DNA of 64,000 nt from an uncultured SAR86 cluster bacterium (GTDB taxonomy: Bacteria > Pseudomonadota > Gammaproteobacteria > Magnimaribacterales > D2472): assembly GCA_964276145.1 (NCBI GenBank), contig CAXYDN010000007.1:167122-231121 (forward strand). The letters run 5' to 3'. The position numbers and the translations under genes are program-made. Below the pieces are notes generated by a model. That model searched no databases and had not been told where the DNA came from. It saw nothing but the letters and a program-made list of their open reading frames with translations. Numbering within the stretch: the first letter of the stretch is position 1; every line of letters begins with the position of its first letter. Below, one piece after another: positions 17,406 through 27,097 of this stretch.

Positions 17406-17451
17406 TGGTGGGCCCGGGAGGACTCGAACCTCCGACCAATGGATTATGAGT
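17406..17451 (-). pseudogene. 3' fragment of a tRNA-Met(CAU)-type gene (anticodon loop to CCA)
   Basis: The minus strand reads ACUCAUAAUCCAUUGGUC-GGAGG-UUCGAGU-CCUCC-CGGGCCC-A-CCA. The T-arm, 3' acceptor strand and CUCAUAA loop are present. No matching 5' acceptor strand (GGGCCCG) or D-arm lies upstream. Confidence 0.65.
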
Positions 17452-17510
17452 GCATAAGTCGACAATTTAACCCCTATAAATAAGTGTTTCAGACAATTAG
17501 TATTCACATT

Positions 17511-19622
17511 TTAATTAATTTTTTGTTTTGGGTTTGAGTCATAACTCTCAACTACAATGCTTGATAGAGACTTCGCATTTGGTAAAAGCCCTTGATCTTT
17601 TCCAACAGCTATATAATGTTCTAAGCCATTTTCATATTCTCCAGACTCTACTGCTGTTCTTGCAGATAAATTATTTAATAAATAAAAGAATTCACTATAT
17701 CCATCCTCTCCTACCAAAGAAGGATCTATGCCATTAGGTCCGGTGCTTAATGGAGAATCTAAAGATGCAATAAATACATCCCAATCACCATTTGCATAAC
17801 AACCATCATTGCATCCTTTTCCAGTCATATAAGTCCATTTTAAATTTTTATCATTGTCTAAACTAAAGATTGCACCCAATTGTCCTGTTTTGTATTCATT
17901 ATTTTCAAAAATTTGATAGATTTCCATGGGTCCAATAATTTGAATAAAATGTCCAGTACCATCGTTAATTGCTACCTTTTTTTCACAACCAAAATTTCTT
18001 GGTAAATTTAAACCACTTCCTGATGGTGGGCCACCACAACCATCGGTAGTTGTTATATCTAGATATCCATCTCCATTTACATCAGAAAAATTCCAATGAT
18101 GAAGACTGCCAGTCCTAATATTCCAGTTAAATAGCCTTTGAGCTGTTTGATCTCTATAAACACCATCATCATTTATTATTATCTGAAGTACATTTGATTT
18201 TTCATACCAGTATGACTGATTGCTTATTAGAATATCTTTGTCACCGTCATAATCGATATCTAAAAATTGAGAATGAGTGTCATGAGATTTTCCATTGCCT
18301 CCAATCCAATTTTGATCTTCTTGATAATATTCCAAATTTATAAAATTAGCTTCAACATATGGTATTGGTAATTCTATGACTTCAAGAATATTAAGATTAT
18401 TTAAATCATATTTAATAACTACATTCTTTTCTGGCTCAATTATCCAGCTTGGATTGGTATGGTTTGGATTGCTGTTAAAGTCTGTATAAGTAACGTAAAG
18501 AATATTATTTTCAACATATGCATGCGCACTCATGGCTCCTCCACACCCCTCATTTGGTAAGAATCCATTTGTGGCAGGATCTGGGTTAGAGACATCATTT
18601 GGTAATGGAACAGTAATAAGATTGAAGTCGTTAAAACCATTATTTTGCAAAATCCCAATTTCTCCACAGTTTTTTGTGGATACAGATGCATTTCGATCAT
18701 TTACAAACCAGCCTGCTCCAGTTGTAATAATGTCATCATCACCATCAAGATCATAATCAAATATGCCTTGCCCATGTGATGCTAGAATTATATCCATATC
18801 AAAAAATTCTTTAGAAGAAACATCAAACACAAAGCTAGTTGCATAAGGTGCTAAGCCTGCAGAAATCTTACCTTCGTCATGGCCTGGGAAAACTATTTGG
18901 AAACTGCCATCAGAGTTTTTGAGCGGCAAAGGATGATTGCAACCTTCAATTTCTTTGTAATAAAAATTAGTAAAAACTCCATCTATTAGTTCAATAATTT
19001 TAATTGCTCCTTCATTGGGTTTTTGCGGGACCCAGTTACAATTTAAATTAAAGGTTGAATCACCGATATTTATCCAAGTATCATAGCCAACATTACCTTT
19101 AAAATTTTCATCGTCTATAAAAGTATTTGTTACATCTGTTGTAAATCTTGATTGTGGTATTGTAAAAGTTTTAAACCAAGTCTCTTCTTGATTAATTCCT
19201 ACTGGATTTTCATAAACAGATTTTAAAGATTCCCTGTAAGTATTTATCTCATCCCAGTGATCTGCATAAAGATATGGTGATATTGAAGTAACTGTAATAT
19301 TTTTATTTACAGAGGATGAGCTTGATGAACAAATTAAAATAAATGAGCTTTCCTTTGCCTCTCTAATTACTATCTCTTCAGACCCATTGTTTGCTTTTGT
19401 GCCGCTCCAGTCGCCAGAAGCTGAGCAAGAATCTGCATTTGATGATGACCATGTGAGAATAATCTTGTTATGAATATAAATCTCACTTAGATTAGATGAG
19501 AAACTAAGTGATACATTTGGAACAATGGGATTAGGGTCTGCTGATCCGCCTCCACCACCGCCTCCACATGATGCTAAAATTATTAACAAAGATATAAATT
19601 TAAAATGGTCTAGATTTCTCAT
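17511..19622 (-). CDS. FG-GAP/VCBS-repeat (integrin-alpha-like) lipoprotein
   Basis: MRNLDHFKFISLLIILASCGGGGGGGS gives a lipobox plus poly-Gly. Ca-binding-type repeats are DYDLDGDDDIITTG, DIDYDGDKDILISN and DVNGDGYLDITTTDG. ATG 19622 is preferred over the track start at 19661. Confidence 0.8.
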   Translation of the reverse strand: MRNLDHFKFISLLIILASCGGGGGGGSADPNPIVPNVSLSFSSNLSEIYIHNKIILTWSSSNADSCSASGDWSGTKANNGSEEIVIREAKESSFILICSSSSSSVNKNITVTSISPYLYADHWDEINTYRESLKSVYENPVGINQEETWFKTFTIPQSRFTTDVTNTFIDDENFKGNVGYDTWINIGDSTFNLNCNWVPQKPNEGAIKIIELIDGVFTNFYYKEIEGCNHPLPLKNSDGSFQIVFPGHDEGKISAGLAPYATSFVFDVSSKEFFDMDIILASHGQGIFDYDLDGDDDIITTGAGWFVNDRNASVSTKNCGEIGILQNNGFNDFNLITVPLPNDVSNPDPATNGFLPNEGCGGAMSAHAYVENNILYVTYTDFNSNPNHTNPSWIIEPEKNVVIKYDLNNLNILEVIELPIPYVEANFINLEYYQEDQNWIGGNGKSHDTHSQFLDIDYDGDKDILISNQSYWYEKSNVLQIIINDDGVYRDQTAQRLFNWNIRTGSLHHWNFSDVNGDGYLDITTTDGCGGPPSGSGLNLPRNFGCEKKVAINDGTGHFIQIIGPMEIYQIFENNEYKTGQLGAIFSLDNDKNLKWTYMTGKGCNDGCYANGDWDVFIASLDSPLSTGPNGIDPSLVGEDGYSEFFYLLNNLSARTAVESGEYENGLEHYIAVGKDQGLLPNAKSLSSIVVESYDSNPKQKIN

Positions 19623-19732
19623 TTTTATAATTCTATTGATATATGTTAAAAAAATAAACATTTTTTAGATTTATCTATTTAGTGATTGCTCTTGTTGCTT
19701 GGTTATGTTCCTAATTGAAAACAGAAGATTAG

Positions 19733-19809
19733 CTAGTTAACACTCCAAAACTTCTCAGAATTTATAACCACTAGATATATGCCGACCCCACCCGGCTGGT
19801 ACTCCTGCC
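19733..19809 (+). repeat. Repeat family R copy 3
   Basis: ctagttaacactccaaaacttctcagaatttataaccactagatatatgccgaccccacccggctggtactcctgcc. Confidence 0.7.
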
Positions 19810-19837
19810 TAACCCCCAACAAGGACAATGCGGATTT

Positions 19838-19950
19838 TGTGGCTACATATTGCGGACTATGGCTACAAAGTGGCTACATTTATGGCTACATTAAGAAACG
19901 AAGTTAATGGATTTCATGGCTACTTTCGTGGCTACATGGTGGCTACATTA
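19838..19950 (+). repeat. Array of seven direct (T)GGCTAC(A) repeats (iteron/arm-site-like)
   Basis: GGCTAC starts at 19841, 19861, 19872, 19884, 19918, 19930 and 19941, all in the same orientation. Spacings are 20, 11, 12, 34, 12 and 11 nt. The array ends about 50 nt from the 3' end of tRNA-Glu. Confidence 0.7.
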
Positions 19951-19998
19951 TTTTTTTTGATGCCCTGAGAAGCCCTATTTAAAGGGCTTCACAAGAAA

Positions 19999-20074
19999 TT
20001 GGCATCCCGTAGGGGAGTCGAACCCCTGTTGCCGAGATGAAAACCCGGTGTCCTAGGCCTCTAGACGAACGGGA
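19999..20074 (-). tRNA. tRNA-Glu (anticodon UUC)
   Basis: GTCCCGTTCGTCTAGAGGCCTAGGACACCGGGTTTTCATCTCGGCAACAGGGGTTCGACTCCCCTACGGGATGCCA folds as a cloverleaf with anticodon loop UUUUCAU and an encoded CCA. It closely resembles the E. coli tRNA-Glu layout. Confidence 0.92.
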
Positions 20075-20088
20075 CTAGATGCGAAACG

Positions 20089-20116
20089 TATTATATGGAA
20101 TCAAAAGCAATTAGCA
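20089..20116 (-). promoter_or_regulatory. Candidate sigma-70 promoter of tRNA-Glu
   Basis: The minus strand reads TTGCTA-16 nt-TATAAT, with the -10 ending 14 nt before the mature tRNA 5' end. Confidence 0.5.
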
Positions 20117-20129
20117 AAGTAATTAATGA

Positions 20130-20855
20130 CTAATTTAGCTTCTTATTTATAGCGGCTAAAAAACCTCTCATAAAACTTGTTTCCATTTCATCAGGATGAA
20201 GTCTGCTGAACATTCTTTTGATTCTTGAAATAATCTTTTTAGGATTTTCTGGTTGGATTACATCAATATTTACAGCTGTTTCAATAAAATGATCTATGAG
20301 CATTTGTAAGTTTTCAGAGTCTACCTCAGGATAATCATGCCAGTCTCTGGCTTCTTGATTAAAGTGAGATTTAAAAATCTCATAGCATACTATCTGTGAA
20401 GACATAGCTAAATTTAAAACTGGGTATTCTGGATTTGCAGGTATCTCTATATGAGTATTTGCAAGCTGTAGCTCTTCGTTGGTCAAACCCCTATCCTCTC
20501 TTCCAAATAAAATTGAAACTTTCTTGTCCGAAGAAACTTGATTGTTTATTAAAGATGCTCCTTCTTCTGCATGAACAGTTGGCCATTGAATCGTTCTGCT
20601 TCTTGAAGAAGTAGCATATACAAAAGTACTGTCTTTTATTGCATCCTCAATAGAATCAAAAATTTTAGCATTCTCTAAAACATCTGTAGCATTACCTGAT
20701 AATGCATTAGCTTCACCAGATGGAAATTTCCTAGGATTAACCAAAGATAATTCTGATAACCCCATAGTTTTCATCGCTCTAGCTACAGAACCAATATTTC
20801 CAGGATGAGAGGTTTCTACTAAAACTATGTTTATTAAATTACTTTTAAAACTCAT
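20130..20855 (-). CDS. trmJ: tRNA (cytidine/uridine-2'-O)-methyltransferase TrmJ (SpoU family)
   Basis: IVLVETSHPGNIGSVARAMKTMG. It is divergent from suhB, as in enterobacteria. ATG 20855 is preferred; the track's extension to 20990 would overlap suhB. Confidence 0.88.
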   Translation of the reverse strand: MSFKSNLINIVLVETSHPGNIGSVARAMKTMGLSELSLVNPRKFPSGEANALSGNATDVLENAKIFDSIEDAIKDSTFVYATSSRSRTIQWPTVHAEEGASLINNQVSSDKKVSILFGREDRGLTNEELQLANTHIEIPANPEYPVLNLAMSSQIVCYEIFKSHFNQEARDWHDYPEVDSENLQMLIDHFIETAVNIDVIQPENPKKIISRIKRMFSRLHPDEMETSFMRGFLAAINKKLN

Positions 20856-20890
20856 ATGCCTATTATCGTCATTTCCATTACAATAGCGAC

Positions 20891-21688
20891 ATGTCAATAC
20901 CAGCTTTATTAAATGTAAATCAACTTGCCGCAAGAAAAGGAGCTCATGAGCTCGAGTTTGCTGTAAAAAAAGTTCATAGCCTTGATGCATCTAAAGGTGG
21001 TCCTGAAGGTTATCTTGAGGCAATTATTAGAAGAGTTGAAGACATGGTTATAGAAGAAATAAGAAGGTTCTATCCTGAAGATAATTTCTTGGGCTCACAT
21101 ACTGGCTCTGAAATCAATAATTCAAATATAACCTGGGTTCTAAAAGCAATTGACGGTGAGATCAACTTTATAAATGGATATCCACATTTTGCGCTTTCTC
21201 TTTGCTCTTTAATAGATGAAGTTCCAACTACTGCTGTTATTATTGACCCTATTAGGAGAGAAGAGTTTTCCGCATCTAAAGGTTCAGGTTCTGATTTAAA
21301 TAATGGAAAAATTAGAGTGAGTAAACAGCAAGGTTTGAAAGACTCTATCTTGGCCTATTCAACTACTAAAGAAGCTCCAAAGGAATATGTATACGATTTT
21401 AATCAAACATACAAAGAGCTTGCTAATCAGGATTTAGCTATTAGAAATTCTGGTTCAATAGCTCTTGATTTAGCCTATATCGCTACAGGAAGATTAGATG
21501 GCATCTGGGCTCATGGCGTTAAACTCTGGGATGTTGCTGCGGGATTGTTGATAGCCCAAGAGTCAGGTGCATTAATAAGTAATTTTAATGGGGATCCAAA
21601 ATACTTAGACGGAGACCATTTTGTGTGTTCAACACCTAAAGTATATAAGTCTATTTTAAAATCAGTAAAGCCTTACTTTAAAGATTAA
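20891..21688 (+). CDS. suhB: Inositol monophosphatase family protein SuhB
   Basis: AIDGEINFINGYPHF and WDVAAGLLIAQESGA motifs. Confidence 0.9.
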   Translation: MSIPALLNVNQLAARKGAHELEFAVKKVHSLDASKGGPEGYLEAIIRRVEDMVIEEIRRFYPEDNFLGSHTGSEINNSNITWVLKAIDGEINFINGYPHFALSLCSLIDEVPTTAVIIDPIRREEFSASKGSGSDLNNGKIRVSKQQGLKDSILAYSTTKEAPKEYVYDFNQTYKELANQDLAIRNSGSIALDLAYIATGRLDGIWAHGVKLWDVAAGLLIAQESGALISNFNGDPKYLDGDHFVCSTPKVYKSILKSVKPYFKD

Positions 21689-22599
21689 GGAAGTTCATCA
21701 AACTCAGCGCCTTCCGGCTCTGGAATAGCTAAGTCATCTTGAGTTAATGTTAAAGACATAAGCATATTGGCTACTACATAAATGGATGAATATGTTCCTA
21801 CTATGACTCCTAGAATTAAAGCTAAGCTAAATCCCTTAATCATTTCTCCACCAAAAATAAATAAAGCAAATAAAACTAATAAAGTTGTTAAAGATGTAAC
21901 AACTGTTCTGCCTAAAGTTTGATTTAGTGAAAGGTCAATCATTTCTCTTGAATCCATTTCTCTTTGAGTTCTAAAATTCTCTCTAATCCTATCAGAAACA
22001 ACAATTGTATCGTTTAAAGAGTAACCAATAACTGCCAAGAGTGCTGCTAAAACTGTTAGATCAAAATCCCATGCAAATATGGAAAATAAACCTAAAATAA
22101 TAACAACATCATGTCCTAATGCAGTTACTGCACCTAATGCAAATTTATATTGGAATCTAAAAGCAACATACATAAGTATCATAAACAAAGCGACCAACAT
22201 ACCTAGTCCACCTTGATCTCTTAATTCAGCACCAACTTGAGGCCCTACGAACTCAACTCTTTTAAGTTCACCTTTAAAACCTTCTTCATTAAGCAGTGTA
22301 TATACTGCTTCACCTATTGAACTATTGCCATTTTGATCTGCAACTTTTATTAGTACGTCTAAATTGGTACCAAAGTTAACAACCTGGGAATCCTCATACC
22401 CATTTGCTATGAGAGTATTTCTAATTGATTCAAGCTCCACGGGTGTTTCGTATGTAACCTCTACAAGAGTTCCGCCACTAAAATCTAGACCAAGACTTAA
22501 TCCACGAAATGTTAAAGATAATACAGATACAGTAAAAATAATCATAGATGCTATTCCAGCAATCTTTCTGTACTTCATAAATTGGAATCTAATATTCAT
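21685..22599 (-). CDS. secF: Protein translocase subunit SecF
   Basis: Family-typical sequence and its position after secD. Confidence 0.95.
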   Translation of the reverse strand: MNIRFQFMKYRKIAGIASMIIFTVSVLSLTFRGLSLGLDFSGGTLVEVTYETPVELESIRNTLIANGYEDSQVVNFGTNLDVLIKVADQNGNSSIGEAVYTLLNEEGFKGELKRVEFVGPQVGAELRDQGGLGMLVALFMILMYVAFRFQYKFALGAVTALGHDVVIILGLFSIFAWDFDLTVLAALLAVIGYSLNDTIVVSDRIRENFRTQREMDSREMIDLSLNQTLGRTVVTSLTTLLVLFALFIFGGEMIKGFSLALILGVIVGTYSSIYVVANMLMSLTLTQDDLAIPEPEGAEFDELP

Positions 22600-24455
22600 T
22601 ATATTTTTAATTCCTTTATATTTTTATTCCCATAAACGAGATTGACCATCGCCCTTGTGCACATAATTGCTGTAAACATAGAGGTAACAATTCCAATGGA
22701 AAGAGTTATTGCAAAACCTTTGACTGGACCTGTTCCAATGATATATAGAATTAGAGCCGCTATTAAGGTAGTTACATTTGCATCAAAAATAGTAATAAAT
22801 GCTCTTGAGAAACCATCTCTTATAGCTGTTTGAGGATCTTTCTCTTTGAGCTCTTCTCTAATCCTTGCAAAAATTAGCACGTTAGCGTCTACCGCCATAC
22901 CAACTGTTAATACAATTCCTGCAATACCAGGAAGTGTAAGTGTTGCGCCAAGTAAAGACATAATTCCAGTTATTAATACTAAATTAATTAACAAGGAGAT
23001 ATTTGCAGCTATTCCAAAAACTCGATAATAAAAAGTCATAAATAAAACTACTAAAGCAAGTCCTATCATTATTGACCTCATGCCTAACTCAATATTCTCT
23101 TTGCCTAAACTAGGTCCAACAGTTCTTTCTTCAACAAATTTCATTGGAGCAGCTAGAGCGCCAGCTCTCAATAGCAGTGCAAGCTCACTTGCCTCCTGAG
23201 GAGACCCAACACCGGTGATTCTAAAACTCGTTCCCAGGACAGCTTGAATTGTAGCTAAACTAATTATATTTTTTTCAATGTAGGTCGTTTGTTCAATAAC
23301 AGACTTTCCATCATCACCAATTACAAGCTCTGAGTTGTTTTTTTGTTCAACAAATAAAACAGCTAATTTTCTTCCGATATTTCCAGAAGTTGCTTTTTGC
23401 ATTTGCCTTCCGCCCTGCATATCAAGTGTAATGTTTACCTGTGAAAATCCACTTTCATCAAAACCAGTGCTAGCGTTAGTAACTCTATCTCCAGATACAA
23501 CAACAGCTTTTTCAAGCGTAGCAGTTGTATATTCATTATTCTTAAAATTAAACTCTTCTTTTCTAAGTGGTGATGTTCTTGAATTTGCTTCTAACCTAAA
23601 TTCTAAATTAGCCGTCTTACCTATAATTTTTTTTGCTGCCGTTGGGTCTTGGACACCCGGCAACTGAACAACAATCCTATTAGATCCCTGTCTTTGAACA
23701 ATAGGTTCTGAAACTCCAAGCTCATTCACCCTATTTCTGAGAGTTGTTAAATTTTGTCCTACTGCATAATCTCTTATTTCTCGCAATGCAACGTCAGAAT
23801 ATTCTAGTAAGAGAATATTAGACCCAGGCCTTTCGGTAATGACATACTGCAAGCCATTTAGACCAGGACTATCTAGTCTATATTTATTAAGAGCCTTGTT
23901 ATAACTATCCCTATCTTTAAATTCAAAATGTAATTTAAGATCTTTAATTGAAGATTTTATAACTTGCAGCCTGTCCTCTTTAAAGGTTTTTCTGTAAGTA
24001 TCTAAAAGTAATTCGAGCCTACCTTGTTGAGCTGTATCAATATCGACTTCAAGAAGAAAATGAACTCCTCCTGATAAATCAAGACCAAGTTTGACAGGCT
24101 TACCACCCAGATTCTTTAACCAATCAGGTGTTGTTGGCTCTAGATTTAAAGCAATAATAACTTTATCTAATAGCTTATTTTGTAATATTGTCTTTGATTC
24201 AAGTTGTTGATCTAGGGTAGAAAATTTAATAACTATTTTACCCTCTCTTAAAAATAATTCTTCATAACTAACTTGGTTAGTTTCTAAAATATCTTCTAAT
24301 TCATTTAAAAGGGATTGATCGGCAGACTTGCCAGAATCAGTGTATGCGACTTGTATAGACGGCTGAGTTGGATAAAGATTTGGGAGTGCATAAGTGAATC
24401 CTAATACCAATACACATAGTATTAAAAGGTATTGATAGATGGAAAACTTATTCAC
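22599..24455 (-). CDS. secD: Protein translocase subunit SecD
   Basis: 618 aa with a large periplasmic domain and a C-terminal 6-TM bundle. Sits in the yajC-secD-secF order. Confidence 0.95.
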   Translation of the reverse strand: MNKFSIYQYLLILCVLVLGFTYALPNLYPTQPSIQVAYTDSGKSADQSLLNELEDILETNQVSYEELFLREGKIVIKFSTLDQQLESKTILQNKLLDKVIIALNLEPTTPDWLKNLGGKPVKLGLDLSGGVHFLLEVDIDTAQQGRLELLLDTYRKTFKEDRLQVIKSSIKDLKLHFEFKDRDSYNKALNKYRLDSPGLNGLQYVITERPGSNILLLEYSDVALREIRDYAVGQNLTTLRNRVNELGVSEPIVQRQGSNRIVVQLPGVQDPTAAKKIIGKTANLEFRLEANSRTSPLRKEEFNFKNNEYTTATLEKAVVVSGDRVTNASTGFDESGFSQVNITLDMQGGRQMQKATSGNIGRKLAVLFVEQKNNSELVIGDDGKSVIEQTTYIEKNIISLATIQAVLGTSFRITGVGSPQEASELALLLRAGALAAPMKFVEERTVGPSLGKENIELGMRSIMIGLALVVLFMTFYYRVFGIAANISLLINLVLITGIMSLLGATLTLPGIAGIVLTVGMAVDANVLIFARIREELKEKDPQTAIRDGFSRAFITIFDANVTTLIAALILYIIGTGPVKGFAITLSIGIVTSMFTAIMCTRAMVNLVYGNKNIKELKI

Positions 24456-24461
24456 AGTATT

Positions 24462-24758
24462 TTATTTAATCGAGTCGATCGTACCCTTTGGTAAGATGTT
24501 TGCAATTGCAGATTTTTGAAGTTTAATAATATTGTTTTCACTTATCTCTATTGAGACATAAGCGCCGCTAATATCTTTAACTTTTCCTAAAATTCCACTT
24601 GCTGCAATAACTTCTGAACCTTTCTCTAGTTTTGAAATCATGTCTGATATTTGTTTATTTCTCTTATTTTGCGGTCTGATGATCATGAAATACATGAACA
24701 AAAACAATCCACCAAAAATAACAAATGTTGGCCATAGTGAAGGTTGTGTCGGTTCCAT
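24462..24758 (-). CDS. yajC: Preprotein translocase subunit YajC
   Basis: FMYFMIIRPQNKRNK motif and synteny. Confidence 0.92.
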   Translation of the reverse strand: MEPTQPSLWPTFVIFGGLFLFMYFMIIRPQNKRNKQISDMISKLEKGSEVIAASGILGKVKDISGAYVSIEISENNIIKLQKSAIANILPKGTIDSIK

Positions 24759-24769
24759 AATATTTAATC

Positions 24770-26894
<2,125 letters not shown>

Positions 26895-26942
26895 GAGAAG
26901 CTGATTTTAAATTAGATAATACTTAGCTACAATGCCCGGCAT

Positions 26943-27027
26943 GCCCCATTGGCGGAATTGGTAGACGCGCGCGATTCAAAATCGCGTTCCTTCGGGAGTG
27001 CCTGTTCGACTCAGGCATGGGGCACCA
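26943..27027 (+). tRNA. tRNA-Leu (anticodon CAA)
   Basis: GCCCCATTGGCGGAATTGGTAGACGCGCGCGATTCAAAATCGCGTTCCTTCGGGAGTGCCTGTTCGACTCAGGCATGGGGCACCA has a long variable arm, anticodon loop UUCAAAA and an encoded CCA. Confidence 0.92.
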
Positions 27028-27097
27028 TAACTTTTTATATTTATATTTTAAATATTCTATTAATTGTTAATCATCTAGTAATAACTATAATCGAGCA

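Noticed and set aside
17400-17800. tmRNA (ssrA) ending in the tRNA-like 3' end at 17406
   Set aside because: The upstream 350 nt on that strand is occupied by the 3' end of the FG-GAP protein ORF. No GGGCCCG 5' acceptor partner or tag reading frame is present.
16104-19809. Integron attC sites / gene-cassette array
   Set aside because: R repeats follow ORF stops and contain GTTAAC/GTTAAT. They are not imperfect palindromes (no R''-L''/L'-R' symmetry), the core deviates from GTTRRRY, and no intI gene is in the window.
19838-19950. CRISPR array
   Set aside because: The repeat unit is only 7-9 nt with 11-12 nt periodicity. There are no spacer-sized unique segments and no cas genes.
19969-19989. 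Terminator of tRNA-Glu
   Set aside because: An 8-bp hairpin GAAGCCCT/AGGGCTTC is real, but neither strand has a U-run directly after it. I did not call it an intrinsic terminator.
20856-20990. N-terminal 45-aa extension of trmJ in the track
   Set aside because: The extension overlaps the divergent suhB start and has no family similarity. TrmJ homology begins at MSFKSNLINIVLVETSHPGNIG.
22364-23667. Several + strand ORFs (22364..22645, 22642..22833, 22846..23028, 23335..23667), and similar antisense ORFs elsewhere (for example 12476..12769, 14350..14716, 53384..53791, 62278..62823)
   Set aside because: All lie antisense within well-supported genes (secD/secF, SDRs, ligase and others) and have biased, low-complexity translations typical of shadow ORFs.
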